Of a DNA stretch of 64,000 bases, positions 36,718 through 44,875 are shown in pieces. Origin of the DNA: an uncultured bacterium (GTDB lineage: Bacteria; Latescibacterota; UBA2968; GCA-2709665); NCBI GenBank assembly GCA_964551635.1, contig CAZKDZ010000076.1, forward strand, positions 7,287 through 71,286, given 5' to 3'. The notes beneath the pieces were generated by a model. The model had not been told where the DNA came from. It was given only the letters and a program-made list of their open reading frames with translations, and made no database searches. Both the position numbers and the translations under genes were made by a program. Numbering within the stretch: position 1 is the stretch's first letter; each line of letters opens with the position of its first letter.

Positions 36718-37560
36718 ATGGACTCACCGGAGGCAGTTGAATTGGCACCCGACACGAACGCAAATTCCGGCCTGACGTCGGCCCAAAGATATTTCTTCGA
36801 CGTCAACGGCTACGTCCTGCTCAAGTGTGTTTTCTGTCCTGCGGAATGCAGGCGCCTGATCGACCTCGCGGACCGGATGGACGCTGACGACGGCTGCGCG
36901 TACAAGCACGACGGGTATCCGAAGACACCCACACTGACGATTCTCTCCCGGTGTGCGTGGTATCATCCGCATCTGCTTGAAACGGCAATGCATCCGGTCC
37001 TGTTTCCGATTATGCAGGACGTGGTCGGGGGGGACGTGCGCCTGGAGGAGCATCAGTACCTGATCAACTATCCCGTTGAGCCGGAATCAGATACCGCGGC
37101 GTGTGAATCCAGCGTGGCCGACGAGGGCTGGCACCGGGGCATCGCCCCCAACGTTGGCAGCTTCGAATCGAACGGGCACTATCACTGTATGTTCACCAAA
37201 GCCTTCATCTACCTGACCGACAACGGTCCCGGTGAGGGCACCTGGGTGGTTCCGGGGAGCCACCGGATGGACATGCCCACGGGAACGCTGCGCGAATTCA
37301 TGGACGGAACCGTGGCACGGCAACTCGAATCCCGGGCAGGAGACGTGCTCATCCTGACAGAAACGCTGATACACGCCGGTCCCGGATTGCCGGCCCGCGC
37401 ACGGCCGCGCTATTCGCTGGTCTACGGGTACACGGCGCCGTTCATGCAGACGTGGAATCGCTATGACCCGCCAGCCGACCTGCTGGAACGGGTGACCCCC
37501 GAACAACGCAGCCTGCTGACCGGCGAACTCAGATACGCGTTTCGCCGTGGGCAGTTCTAG
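36718..37560 (+). CDS. Phytanoyl-CoA dioxygenase (PhyH) family Fe(II)/2OG oxygenase
   Basis: ATG 36718 gives MDSPEAVE...QRYFFDVNGYVLLK, with later WHRG and LIHAG contexts. The track ORF starts at 36622. Confidence 0.7.
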   Translation: MDSPEAVELAPDTNANSGLTSAQRYFFDVNGYVLLKCVFCPAECRRLIDLADRMDADDGCAYKHDGYPKTPTLTILSRCAWYHPHLLETAMHPVLFPIMQDVVGGDVRLEEHQYLINYPVEPESDTAACESSVADEGWHRGIAPNVGSFESNGHYHCMFTKAFIYLTDNGPGEGTWVVPGSHRMDMPTGTLREFMDGTVARQLESRAGDVLILTETLIHAGPGLPARARPRYSLVYGYTAPFMQTWNRYDPPADLLERVTPEQRSLLTGELRYAFRRGQF

Positions 37561-37697
37561 GAAGCTGAAAAAAAAATCCTGGTGAGTCCCGCGCGCGCGT
37601 GAAAGTGTGTCGGTTATGAGGCGCGAGGGGCGCGTAGCGCCGACGGGCAGTCCCACATGCACGCGGTGCGGTAACCGGCGCACGGGAGGAGTCGGAT

Positions 37698-38843
37698 ATG
37701 GCGCAGGGAAAAGGGATGGCGTTCCGGTCAGAGTACGTGCGCTGGCTCGTCGTCAGCCTGTGCATTTACGTGCTGCTGGTCGCCGTCGGCGTGATCGGCA
37801 AGGGCTTTCGACTGGAGTTCGGCAAGGAGGGCGTCGCATCCCTGTTCGCGTTTGGGACGAATCCATTCATCGGACTGGTACTGGGTATACTGGCGACGGC
37901 GTTGCTTCAGTCTTCAAGTACCGTAACCTCCATCATCGTCGGTCTTGTCGCCGGAGGAATGCCCATTGCCGTTGCGATACCGATGATCATGGGCGCCAAT
38001 GTCGGGACAACGATCACCAATACGATCGTCAGTTTCGGGCACGTGGGCCGCGGCGACGAATTCAGGAAAGCGTTTGCGGCCGCCACGGTGCACGATTTCT
38101 TCAACGTTCTGAGCATCGCGATATTCCTGCCGTTGGAGCTCGTGTTCGGCTTTCTCAATAAGCTGAGCGGCGAGTTGACCCATATCGTCGAGAACATCGG
38201 GACCGTCGACGCGGGCGGGAAGGGCATCTTCAAGGTCGTCATCGGTTTCGGCACCGGTCTTGTCGAGTCAATGGTCTCCTGGCTCCCCGACGTCTGGGCG
38301 GGCCTGGTTCTGATCATCCTGGGTATTGCGCTGATTCTGCTCTCGATCATGTACCTCGGCAAGGCGCTGAAGAGCGTATTCGTGGGCAAGGCGCAGAGGT
38401 TCCTGCATGCGGCTGTTGGCAAGGGACCGGTTACGGGCATATTCTCGGGTACGCTGGTAACCGTGTTGGTGCAGTCGTCCTCGACAACCACGAGCCTCAT
38501 CGTACCTCTGGCCGGGTCGGGCGTGATCCGGCTTCGTCACGTGTACCCGTTCACGCTCGGCGCGAATATCGGGACGACCATTACAGCGCTTCTCGCCGCA
38601 ACCGCGATCACGGGTCCCACCCACGCCGTTGCACACCAGATCGCGATCGCGCATTTTCTCTACAATCTGGTGGGTGTCGTGGTCATCTACGGCATCCCCT
38701 GGCTGAGGGACCTTCCGATCGTGGGCGCCGAGTGGCTTGCGCGCCTCGGAAGCGAACGGAAGTGGCTGGCCATCTTGTATATCGTCTTTGCGTTCTTCGG
38801 CATTCCGGCGGCGCTCGTGTTTGCTAACGCGTGGCTGGCCTGA
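37698..38843 (+). CDS. Na+/phosphate cotransporter family (PF02690-type) membrane protein
   Basis: Two internal repeats: LLQSSSTVTSIIVGLVAGG and VLVQSSSTTTSLIVPLAGSG. Confidence 0.85.
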   Translation: MAQGKGMAFRSEYVRWLVVSLCIYVLLVAVGVIGKGFRLEFGKEGVASLFAFGTNPFIGLVLGILATALLQSSSTVTSIIVGLVAGGMPIAVAIPMIMGANVGTTITNTIVSFGHVGRGDEFRKAFAAATVHDFFNVLSIAIFLPLELVFGFLNKLSGELTHIVENIGTVDAGGKGIFKVVIGFGTGLVESMVSWLPDVWAGLVLIILGIALILLSIMYLGKALKSVFVGKAQRFLHAAVGKGPVTGIFSGTLVTVLVQSSSTTTSLIVPLAGSGVIRLRHVYPFTLGANIGTTITALLAATAITGPTHAVAHQIAIAHFLYNLVGVVVIYGIPWLRDLPIVGAEWLARLGSERKWLAILYIVFAFFGIPAALVFANAWLA

Positions 38844-39005
38844 GAAGCTGTCTTAAAATTCCCAGCGGTCTTCGCACGGCTGCAAAAGTGCCGGTCGGCG
38901 TTGGTCAAATCCACCCGTATAGACAAATATGGGCGGATTTTCCCGCCTTGACCGCCACTTTTTCGCTCGCGCTCGGGAACTCGCCGGTAATTTTAAAACA
39001 ACTTC
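38844..39005 (+). mobile_element. MITE-like 162-bp element, copy 2
   Basis: Terminal inverted repeats GAAGCTGTCTTAAAATTCCCAGCG / CGCCGGTAATTTTAAAACAACTTC. Flanked on both sides by TGA; the left TGA is the stop codon of the preceding gene. Confidence 0.6.
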
Positions 39006-39051
39006 TGAGCGCCGGAAGCAACGTTCTGTCAATCGTCTGCAATGAAGGATC

Positions 39052-40086
39052 GTGCCCATGTCTTTTGGCGTCGCAGTGCTGGGGACCGGCCGCATCGGCG
39101 GCAGTTACATCGACGTCGTCAGGAAAACCCCCGGAGCCGACATTAAGGTTGTCGCCGAGCCAAGGGAGGACGCCGCCGCGCGCTGGCGGAGCCGCCATGC
39201 CGACGTCGACTGTGTGGCGGACTACCGGGAAGCCCTGGAACGCCGCGACGTCGACGTCGTCATCGGAACCCTGCCGCACTGGCTCCACTACCAGGCGGCG
39301 CTGGATGCCGCAGCCGCGGGGAAGCACATCTTCATGGAAAAACCGCTCGCGGCCTGGGCGTGGCAGGCGGAGGAGATGCTGGCCGCGGCCAGGGAAAACA
39401 GCGTGAAGCTCATGACGGCGCACACGCAACGCTATTTCCCGGCCGTGAAGGCGATGAAGGACGTCGTCGACCGGGGCGACCTGGGGTCGGTCATCATGGT
39501 CTACGATATGTGGCACAAGCCCTACGTTCCGTACAACCGGCCGGAGTGGATGCTGGACCGTGAACGCGGGGGCGGCATGGGCCAGATGGACGGCACCCAC
39601 CAGATCGACCGGCTGCTGTGGATTCTCGGGAATGACGTGGCGACGGTTTCGGCGCGGCAGGGACAATTCACCTACCCGAAATCCGAACACCCGGCCATTG
39701 ACTGCGACGATACAGGGATGTATTTTATCCGATGGAAGAGCGGCATCGTCGCCACGGTCAGCCGCATCGCGTGGGAGCGCGGCGCCACGGAATACGGCGG
39801 CGACTGGTTCTTCACACGCGGTATGGCGCGGTTCCGGCTGCCCTATGGCGGCGGCGATCCGCCCGGGCTGTTCATCGCCGATACGGCTGACGGGACGTGG
39901 CGGCGCGAACCCGTGCCCGCCCGCGACAGCCTGATGGACGAATTCACGGATTTTATCGAATCCCTAAAACGGGACGACGCGGATACGCCGATTCCGCAGG
40001 TTCACGGCCTGAATGTGCTGAAGGTACTCGAAGCAACCGAAGCATCCACGCGCACCGGCAGGGAAGTTGAGTTGAGTCTCCAATGA
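39052..40086 (+). CDS. Gfo/Idh/MocA family oxidoreductase
   Basis: FGVAVLGTGRIGGSY N-terminus and MEKPLA motif; 344 aa. Confidence 0.85.
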   Translation: MPMSFGVAVLGTGRIGGSYIDVVRKTPGADIKVVAEPREDAAARWRSRHADVDCVADYREALERRDVDVVIGTLPHWLHYQAALDAAAAGKHIFMEKPLAAWAWQAEEMLAAARENSVKLMTAHTQRYFPAVKAMKDVVDRGDLGSVIMVYDMWHKPYVPYNRPEWMLDRERGGGMGQMDGTHQIDRLLWILGNDVATVSARQGQFTYPKSEHPAIDCDDTGMYFIRWKSGIVATVSRIAWERGATEYGGDWFFTRGMARFRLPYGGGDPPGLFIADTADGTWRREPVPARDSLMDEFTDFIESLKRDDADTPIPQVHGLNVLKVLEATEASTRTGREVELSLQ

Positions 40087-40101
40087 AAACCGGAGGACAC
40101 G

Positions 40102-40836
40102 ATGGACGAAATGCGCACGTTCTTTCAGGAAAACGGCTATTACCTGGCCAAAGGCGTCTTTTCGCAGGACGAAACAGGCCGGCTTGAGGATGAATTCGAT
40201 CGCATTGTCCGTCAACTCGGCAAGGATGCCGAGGGCGCGGCGAACGATAACGGTGTCGTCGGCACACGCAACGTGCAGCAATACTCGGGCCTGTGGATGG
40301 CGGCCCTGCTCCATGAAAAGTTCCTGGACACGGTTGAACAGTTCATCGGTCCCGACGTCGTACTCAACCATTCCACGCTCTTCGAGAAGCGGATGACAAC
40401 CGGTACGACACCGTTCCATATGCACCAGGACTGGAGCTATCTGCCAACCGAAAGGAACACCATGATTGCGGGAATGATCCATATCAGCGAAGCCACGGAA
40501 GAAATGGGCTGCCTCAGAGTCTATCCCGGTTCGCACAGACAGGGCAGGGTGGAAGGTTCTACCGCCACGAATGCCGAGTTCCACGAACGGTTCCCGTTTG
40601 AAGGCTCCACGGCGATCGAAGCCGAGCCGGGCGACGTCACGTTTTTTGACTACTTCATCGTGCATGGGTCGCCGTCCAACCGTTCTGAAACGCCAAGGAA
40701 GGTCGTCATCGCGAGGATGTTCTCCGGCAGGGACCGGAAGGAAGACATCCACCAGTTCAGCGAAAACCTGGTGTTGCGCGGTTGGAACTACCACACGACG
40801 GCCGCGACGGCCAAGAAGACCGTCGCCAAGGCCTGA
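40102..40836 (+). CDS. Phytanoyl-CoA dioxygenase (PhyH) family Fe(II)/2OG oxygenase
   Basis: FFQENGYYLAKGVF N-terminus, FHMHQDWSYLP (HxD) and FFDYFIVHGSPSN. Confidence 0.85.
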   Translation: MDEMRTFFQENGYYLAKGVFSQDETGRLEDEFDRIVRQLGKDAEGAANDNGVVGTRNVQQYSGLWMAALLHEKFLDTVEQFIGPDVVLNHSTLFEKRMTTGTTPFHMHQDWSYLPTERNTMIAGMIHISEATEEMGCLRVYPGSHRQGRVEGSTATNAEFHERFPFEGSTAIEAEPGDVTFFDYFIVHGSPSNRSETPRKVVIARMFSGRDRKEDIHQFSENLVLRGWNYHTTAATAKKTVAKA

Positions 40837-40946
40837 AAAGTAGCCTCGGCGACGGTCTCGAGACGGACTGCTTAGCGCGATCCTTTCCAGTCGATGTCAT
40901 TTCAGTTCAGCTTGAAGATTGATCGGATGAAATATTAATGTTTTAA

Positions 40947-40975
40947 TTGACGAGGTGGTCACGATTCTATATATT
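40947..40975 (+). promoter_or_regulatory. Near-consensus sigma70 promoter with a ~280-nt leader
   Basis: TTGACG (40947-40952), 17-nt spacer, TATATT (40970-40975). Confidence 0.5.
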
Positions 40976-41260
40976 AAATTATTAATAGATGATAACGAAG
41001 AGGGTCGGGAGGGTTGTGCTGCCTTTCAGGAGTTGCCATGTGAAAACCCCGCGTGGACAATCCCATGCTGCAGTAGATCCTTCGTCGGTCCAGGGGGCCT
41101 CCTCAGGATGACAGTACGAGCGAACGCGCTCGACAATGGACCTACATGTCATTCTGCATTCCGACAAGAGAACCATGATGCGGGCAGACAGGAATGTCCG
41201 CCCCACCCTCACACCCGTTTCCTGACCGGCACGGTCCACACACGTGTCAGGAGGTGCAAG

Positions 41261-42802
41261 ATGAAGACCGCTATCCTCACACTCTTCGCGCTGCTTTTGC
41301 CCGGAACGATAATGGCGAAGGCGACGCTGAGGTTGGACGGCGCTTCCAACGACAGTACGATTACCATAAATTACGTCGTTCCGGAGGCATCGCACGTACA
41401 GGTAAAGGTATCGGATTTGGGTGTTCGCGCCGCGCCGAAGTTCGGTTTCCAGCCACCCGGGAACTATACCATCGTACTGGACAAATCCGGATTTCCGACG
41501 GGAAGTTATACCGTCAGATTGATTTTGGATCGAGATCGCAAAAATGTAACCCGGCGCGGCTTCCTTCACAGCGCTTCCGGGAGGCCTGTTACCTGGGCCA
41601 GGGAAGCACGGGATCATTGGAATCGAAGCTTTGCCGTCTCCTTGTTTAATCCAAAAGAAGGCGTCCAACTGTGGAATGAGTTCATCGCCCTGTATCCGGA
41701 CTACGTGGATCGGGGACGGGCTTTTGTATACTCGATCATTGCCAGAGTCCCAGCAACAGACAGCGTCGACGTTCATGCTGCTGCGGACAGCGCAATCGCG
41801 TTGATTCCACATTCAGGCACCCACTACATGATCGGACGCATTCTAAGCGGGTTGGATGGCCATCCTGAAGGCAGATATCCCCACACTGCGCTGGCTTTTG
41901 CAGACAGGGCAGTGACTCAGGCCTCGGATGTACCCGAGCCCTACCGCAATGAAGCCCTTTTCAAATACCGGTATCTCAGTGGCCACTGCCTGCAACTCCT
42001 GGACAGATTCGAAGAGGCCGAGGCGGCCTATCGCGACGCAATCGATATAATTGATTCAATGGAGGGTTCCGGCACGTACAGAGATTTCGGTCATGGTGTG
42101 TTGGCATACCGAGGCCTCGCATCGCTTCACGAACAGCGAGGCTTGCACGGAGAAGCGATCGAATTCTACAAAAAAGCCGTCAAGAGCAAGCCCAGGGATC
42201 CCGCACTCTGGATGGCGTTACAGCGCAATTTCAACCGTTTCCACGGGTCCGACGAGGGCTATGTGGAATTCAGTCGAATGCTCGAGGCAGAGATTCGTGG
42301 CGACGTGCGGGAGGATGATGACGACCTCGTGGGCAAGTCCCTCCCGGGGTTTGCGTTGCCGCAGCTGGCTGGAGGCACGCTGTCGGTCGATGATATTAAG
42401 GGCAACGTGATCGTCCTGAATTTCTGGGCCATCTGGTGCGGACCCTGCCTTACGGAATTGCCGGTATTGGCACGGCTTGCGAAGGAAACCGCTGCCGATG
42501 ACGTAGGAGTGATTGCCGTTCATATGCCCCTGGAACACTTTCCAGGTATCACGAAAGAGGAGTACCCGGTCGTTGTTCGGAAGGCCGTGAGCAAATACGA
42601 GGGTTCGTTCGACACCGTCTGGGACACCAGGGAACAGAATCTGTTCGTGAAATTGGGAATCAAATCTCTGCCGGTAACGCTCGTCGCGGACAGGGAGGGG
42701 ATCGTCCGTTACCGGATGGCGGGCTTCGATCCGGAAAACGCCTATCGGAAACTAAAGGCCGTCGTGGATAGCCTGAGAGGTCCTCCGGCGGCACCTCGAT
42801 AG
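41261..42802 (+). CDS. Secreted TPR-containing protein with a C-terminal TlpA/ResA-like thioredoxin domain
   Basis: ATG 41261 after AGGAGG; signal peptide MKTAILTLFALLLPGTIMA; VLNFWAIWCGPCLTELP (WCGPC). The track ORF from 40955 adds a non-protein-like extension. Confidence 0.75.
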   Translation: MKTAILTLFALLLPGTIMAKATLRLDGASNDSTITINYVVPEASHVQVKVSDLGVRAAPKFGFQPPGNYTIVLDKSGFPTGSYTVRLILDRDRKNVTRRGFLHSASGRPVTWAREARDHWNRSFAVSLFNPKEGVQLWNEFIALYPDYVDRGRAFVYSIIARVPATDSVDVHAAADSAIALIPHSGTHYMIGRILSGLDGHPEGRYPHTALAFADRAVTQASDVPEPYRNEALFKYRYLSGHCLQLLDRFEEAEAAYRDAIDIIDSMEGSGTYRDFGHGVLAYRGLASLHEQRGLHGEAIEFYKKAVKSKPRDPALWMALQRNFNRFHGSDEGYVEFSRMLEAEIRGDVREDDDDLVGKSLPGFALPQLAGGTLSVDDIKGNVIVLNFWAIWCGPCLTELPVLARLAKETAADDVGVIAVHMPLEHFPGITKEEYPVVVRKAVSKYEGSFDTVWDTREQNLFVKLGIKSLPVTLVADREGIVRYRMAGFDPENAYRKLKAVVDSLRGPPAAPR

Positions 42803-42863
42803 AACGGGGCGACCGGCCGGGCGCCCCTGCGCCTGGTCGCACGGAATCCGCCGATATGGGCGC

Positions 42864-42899
42864 GACGGGGCAGGTTTCAAGTCTGCCCCGTCTGTCTTG
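42864..42899 (+). terminator. Terminator candidate after the TlpA-like gene
   Basis: Perfect 10-bp stem GACGGGGCAG (42864-42873) / CTGCCCCGTC (42883-42892), followed by TGTCTTG (weak T-tract). Confidence 0.5.
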
Positions 42900-43065
42900 A
42901 TATCGAGTTTAGCCTTGACGTAACGCATTGGAGGGGAACCGATTTTCCCGGGAGGCGTTACAATTCATGTGGACTGATCTGTAGACTGTTGTGTCGCCAT
43001 TCGGGCAACGTGTCCGTAACCCGTTCGTAGCGGGTCAATTTCACGGCGTTAGGCGCCCGCACGTT

Positions 43066-43092
43066 CCAACTGTCGCATTTTGCGACAGTTGG
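43066..43092. promoter_or_regulatory. Perfect 12-bp palindrome (operator or RNA hairpin) upstream of the TldD-like gene
   Basis: CCAACTGTCGCA-TTT-TGCGACAGTTGG, 35 nt upstream of ATG 43128. Confidence 0.45.
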
Positions 43093-43127
43093 CGTCTTGC
43101 CAATCGCCGTCACAGAAAGGCGCGCCA

Positions 43128-44846
43128 ATGAGAACAATCTCGAGGGCTATTTGCCTATGGCTTTTCTTTGCCGCATTTACAGCGGCCGGAATCGGGGCGG
43201 AGACCGCCTCCCCGCTGCTGCAGGCCATGCGAGAGGAATTGAACCGCTCCGTTGACCTGCTCAAACGGCAGCCGGTCCCGCCCTATTTTCTGAGTTATGA
43301 GATCACGGAAACGCACGAGATTCGCGTCGAGGCGTCCTTCGGTGCGCTGACCCGCGATCGGGAAACGCGCCGTCGTCTGTTGGACATCGATCTGCGCGTG
43401 GGTGACTACGCCTTCGACAACACGCACCCTGTCAGGGGCCGCATACCCAGTTGGAGCCGTCGGTTTTCAAGGATAGATATCCCGATTGAGAATGACCCCG
43501 ACGCGATTCGCAGTGTCCTTTGGTACCACACCGATAGAAAGTACAAGCGCGCTATCGAGCAGTTGACAACCGTCAAGACGAATGTTCAGGTCAAAGTGGA
43601 AGAAGAAGACCAGTCTGCGGATTTTTCGCGAGAGCCCGCTGAACGGTATATAGAGGAACACGCATCCTTCGATATCTCTCGTGACGAATGGGTGGCCAGA
43701 CTTAAGAAATATACAGCGCCGTTCTCCGCGCACGGTGACATCTACCAGGCTGATGCCAGTCTCACGGCGAATATCTCGACTCGTCAGTACGTCAACAGCG
43801 AGGGCAGCGAGGTCCAGACCTCCCAGGTGCTCTACCGACTCTTTATCTATGCCTTTACAAAGGCTGACGACGGCATGGTGTTGCCGCGTTACGAGTCTTT
43901 TTCCGCAATCGCTGAGGAGGGCTTACCGGGCGATGACGAGATTCTTGAAATCGTCGAGCGCATGATCGCCGATCTTCAAGCCCTCCGGGACGCCCCGGTC
44001 GTAGCACCCTATACGGGCCCGGCCATCCTTTCCGGCCGCGCCAGTGGCGTCCTGTTTCATGAAATCTTCGGTCACCGCATCGAGGGCCACCGCCAGAAGC
44101 GAGAGGAAGAGGGTCAGACCTTTAAAAAGAAGATAGGCGAGAGAGTACTGCCCGAGACATTTTCAGTGGTTTTCGACCCCACCACGCGCAACATGGCCGG
44201 AAAGGACCTGGTTGGCGCCTACGCGTACGACAATCAGGGTGTCAAGGCACAGCGCGTGACCGTTGTGGAAAACGGGATCTTCCGCCGCTTCCTCATGTCC
44301 CGTTCGCCGATCGAGGGCTTCCCGAACTCCAACGGGCACGGTCGAAAACAGCCGGGCTACAGCCCGGTAGCACGGCAGTCCAACCTCATTGTGGAGACGT
44401 CCGAGCCGCTCAGCCGTGCCAGTCTCAAGGAAATGCTCATCGAGCAATGCCGCAAGGACGGCAAGGACTTCGGCCTTTACTTTGAGGATATTCAGGGGGG
44501 ATTCACCATAACCGGACGCTTTATCCCGAACGCGTTTAACGTGCTCCCGATCATGGTCTACCGAATCTACACCGACGGACGAGAAGAATTGGTACGAGGG
44601 GTCGATCTCATTGGAACACCGCTTACTGCCTTCAGCCGGATCGCCGCTGCCGACGATCACGTCGATGTTTTCAACGGCAGGTGCGGCGCCGAGTCGGGGC
44701 TCGTGCCCGTGGCCGCGGTTTCCCCGGGCATCTTCATCACGCAGATCGAGGTGCAGAAGAAACCGAAGTCCCAGGAGCGGCGCCCAATTCTCGAGGCGCC
44801 GTCTTCCGATACGCCTGATGAGGGCGAAACAGGAGGCCTGCTCTGA
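43128..44846 (+). CDS. TldD/PmbA-family metallopeptidase, secreted form (TldD-like)
   Basis: ATG 43128 gives a signal peptide MRTISRAICLWLFFAAFTAAGIGA. LFHEIFGHRIEGHRQ is an HExxxH-type site. Confidence 0.85.
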   Translation: MRTISRAICLWLFFAAFTAAGIGAETASPLLQAMREELNRSVDLLKRQPVPPYFLSYEITETHEIRVEASFGALTRDRETRRRLLDIDLRVGDYAFDNTHPVRGRIPSWSRRFSRIDIPIENDPDAIRSVLWYHTDRKYKRAIEQLTTVKTNVQVKVEEEDQSADFSREPAERYIEEHASFDISRDEWVARLKKYTAPFSAHGDIYQADASLTANISTRQYVNSEGSEVQTSQVLYRLFIYAFTKADDGMVLPRYESFSAIAEEGLPGDDEILEIVERMIADLQALRDAPVVAPYTGPAILSGRASGVLFHEIFGHRIEGHRQKREEEGQTFKKKIGERVLPETFSVVFDPTTRNMAGKDLVGAYAYDNQGVKAQRVTVVENGIFRRFLMSRSPIEGFPNSNGHGRKQPGYSPVARQSNLIVETSEPLSRASLKEMLIEQCRKDGKDFGLYFEDIQGGFTITGRFIPNAFNVLPIMVYRIYTDGREELVRGVDLIGTPLTAFSRIAAADDHVDVFNGRCGAESGLVPVAAVSPGIFITQIEVQKKPKSQERRPILEAPSSDTPDEGETGGLL

Positions 44847-44875
44847 TTCCCATTTCATGCCCCAGGAGCCATCAC

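Noticed and set aside
40955-41260. N-terminal extension of ORF 40955..42802.
   Set aside because: It would place 102 Cys/His/Arg-rich residues in front of an obvious signal peptide. It also begins inside the promoter spacer (40953-40969), and ATG 41261 has a strong RBS.
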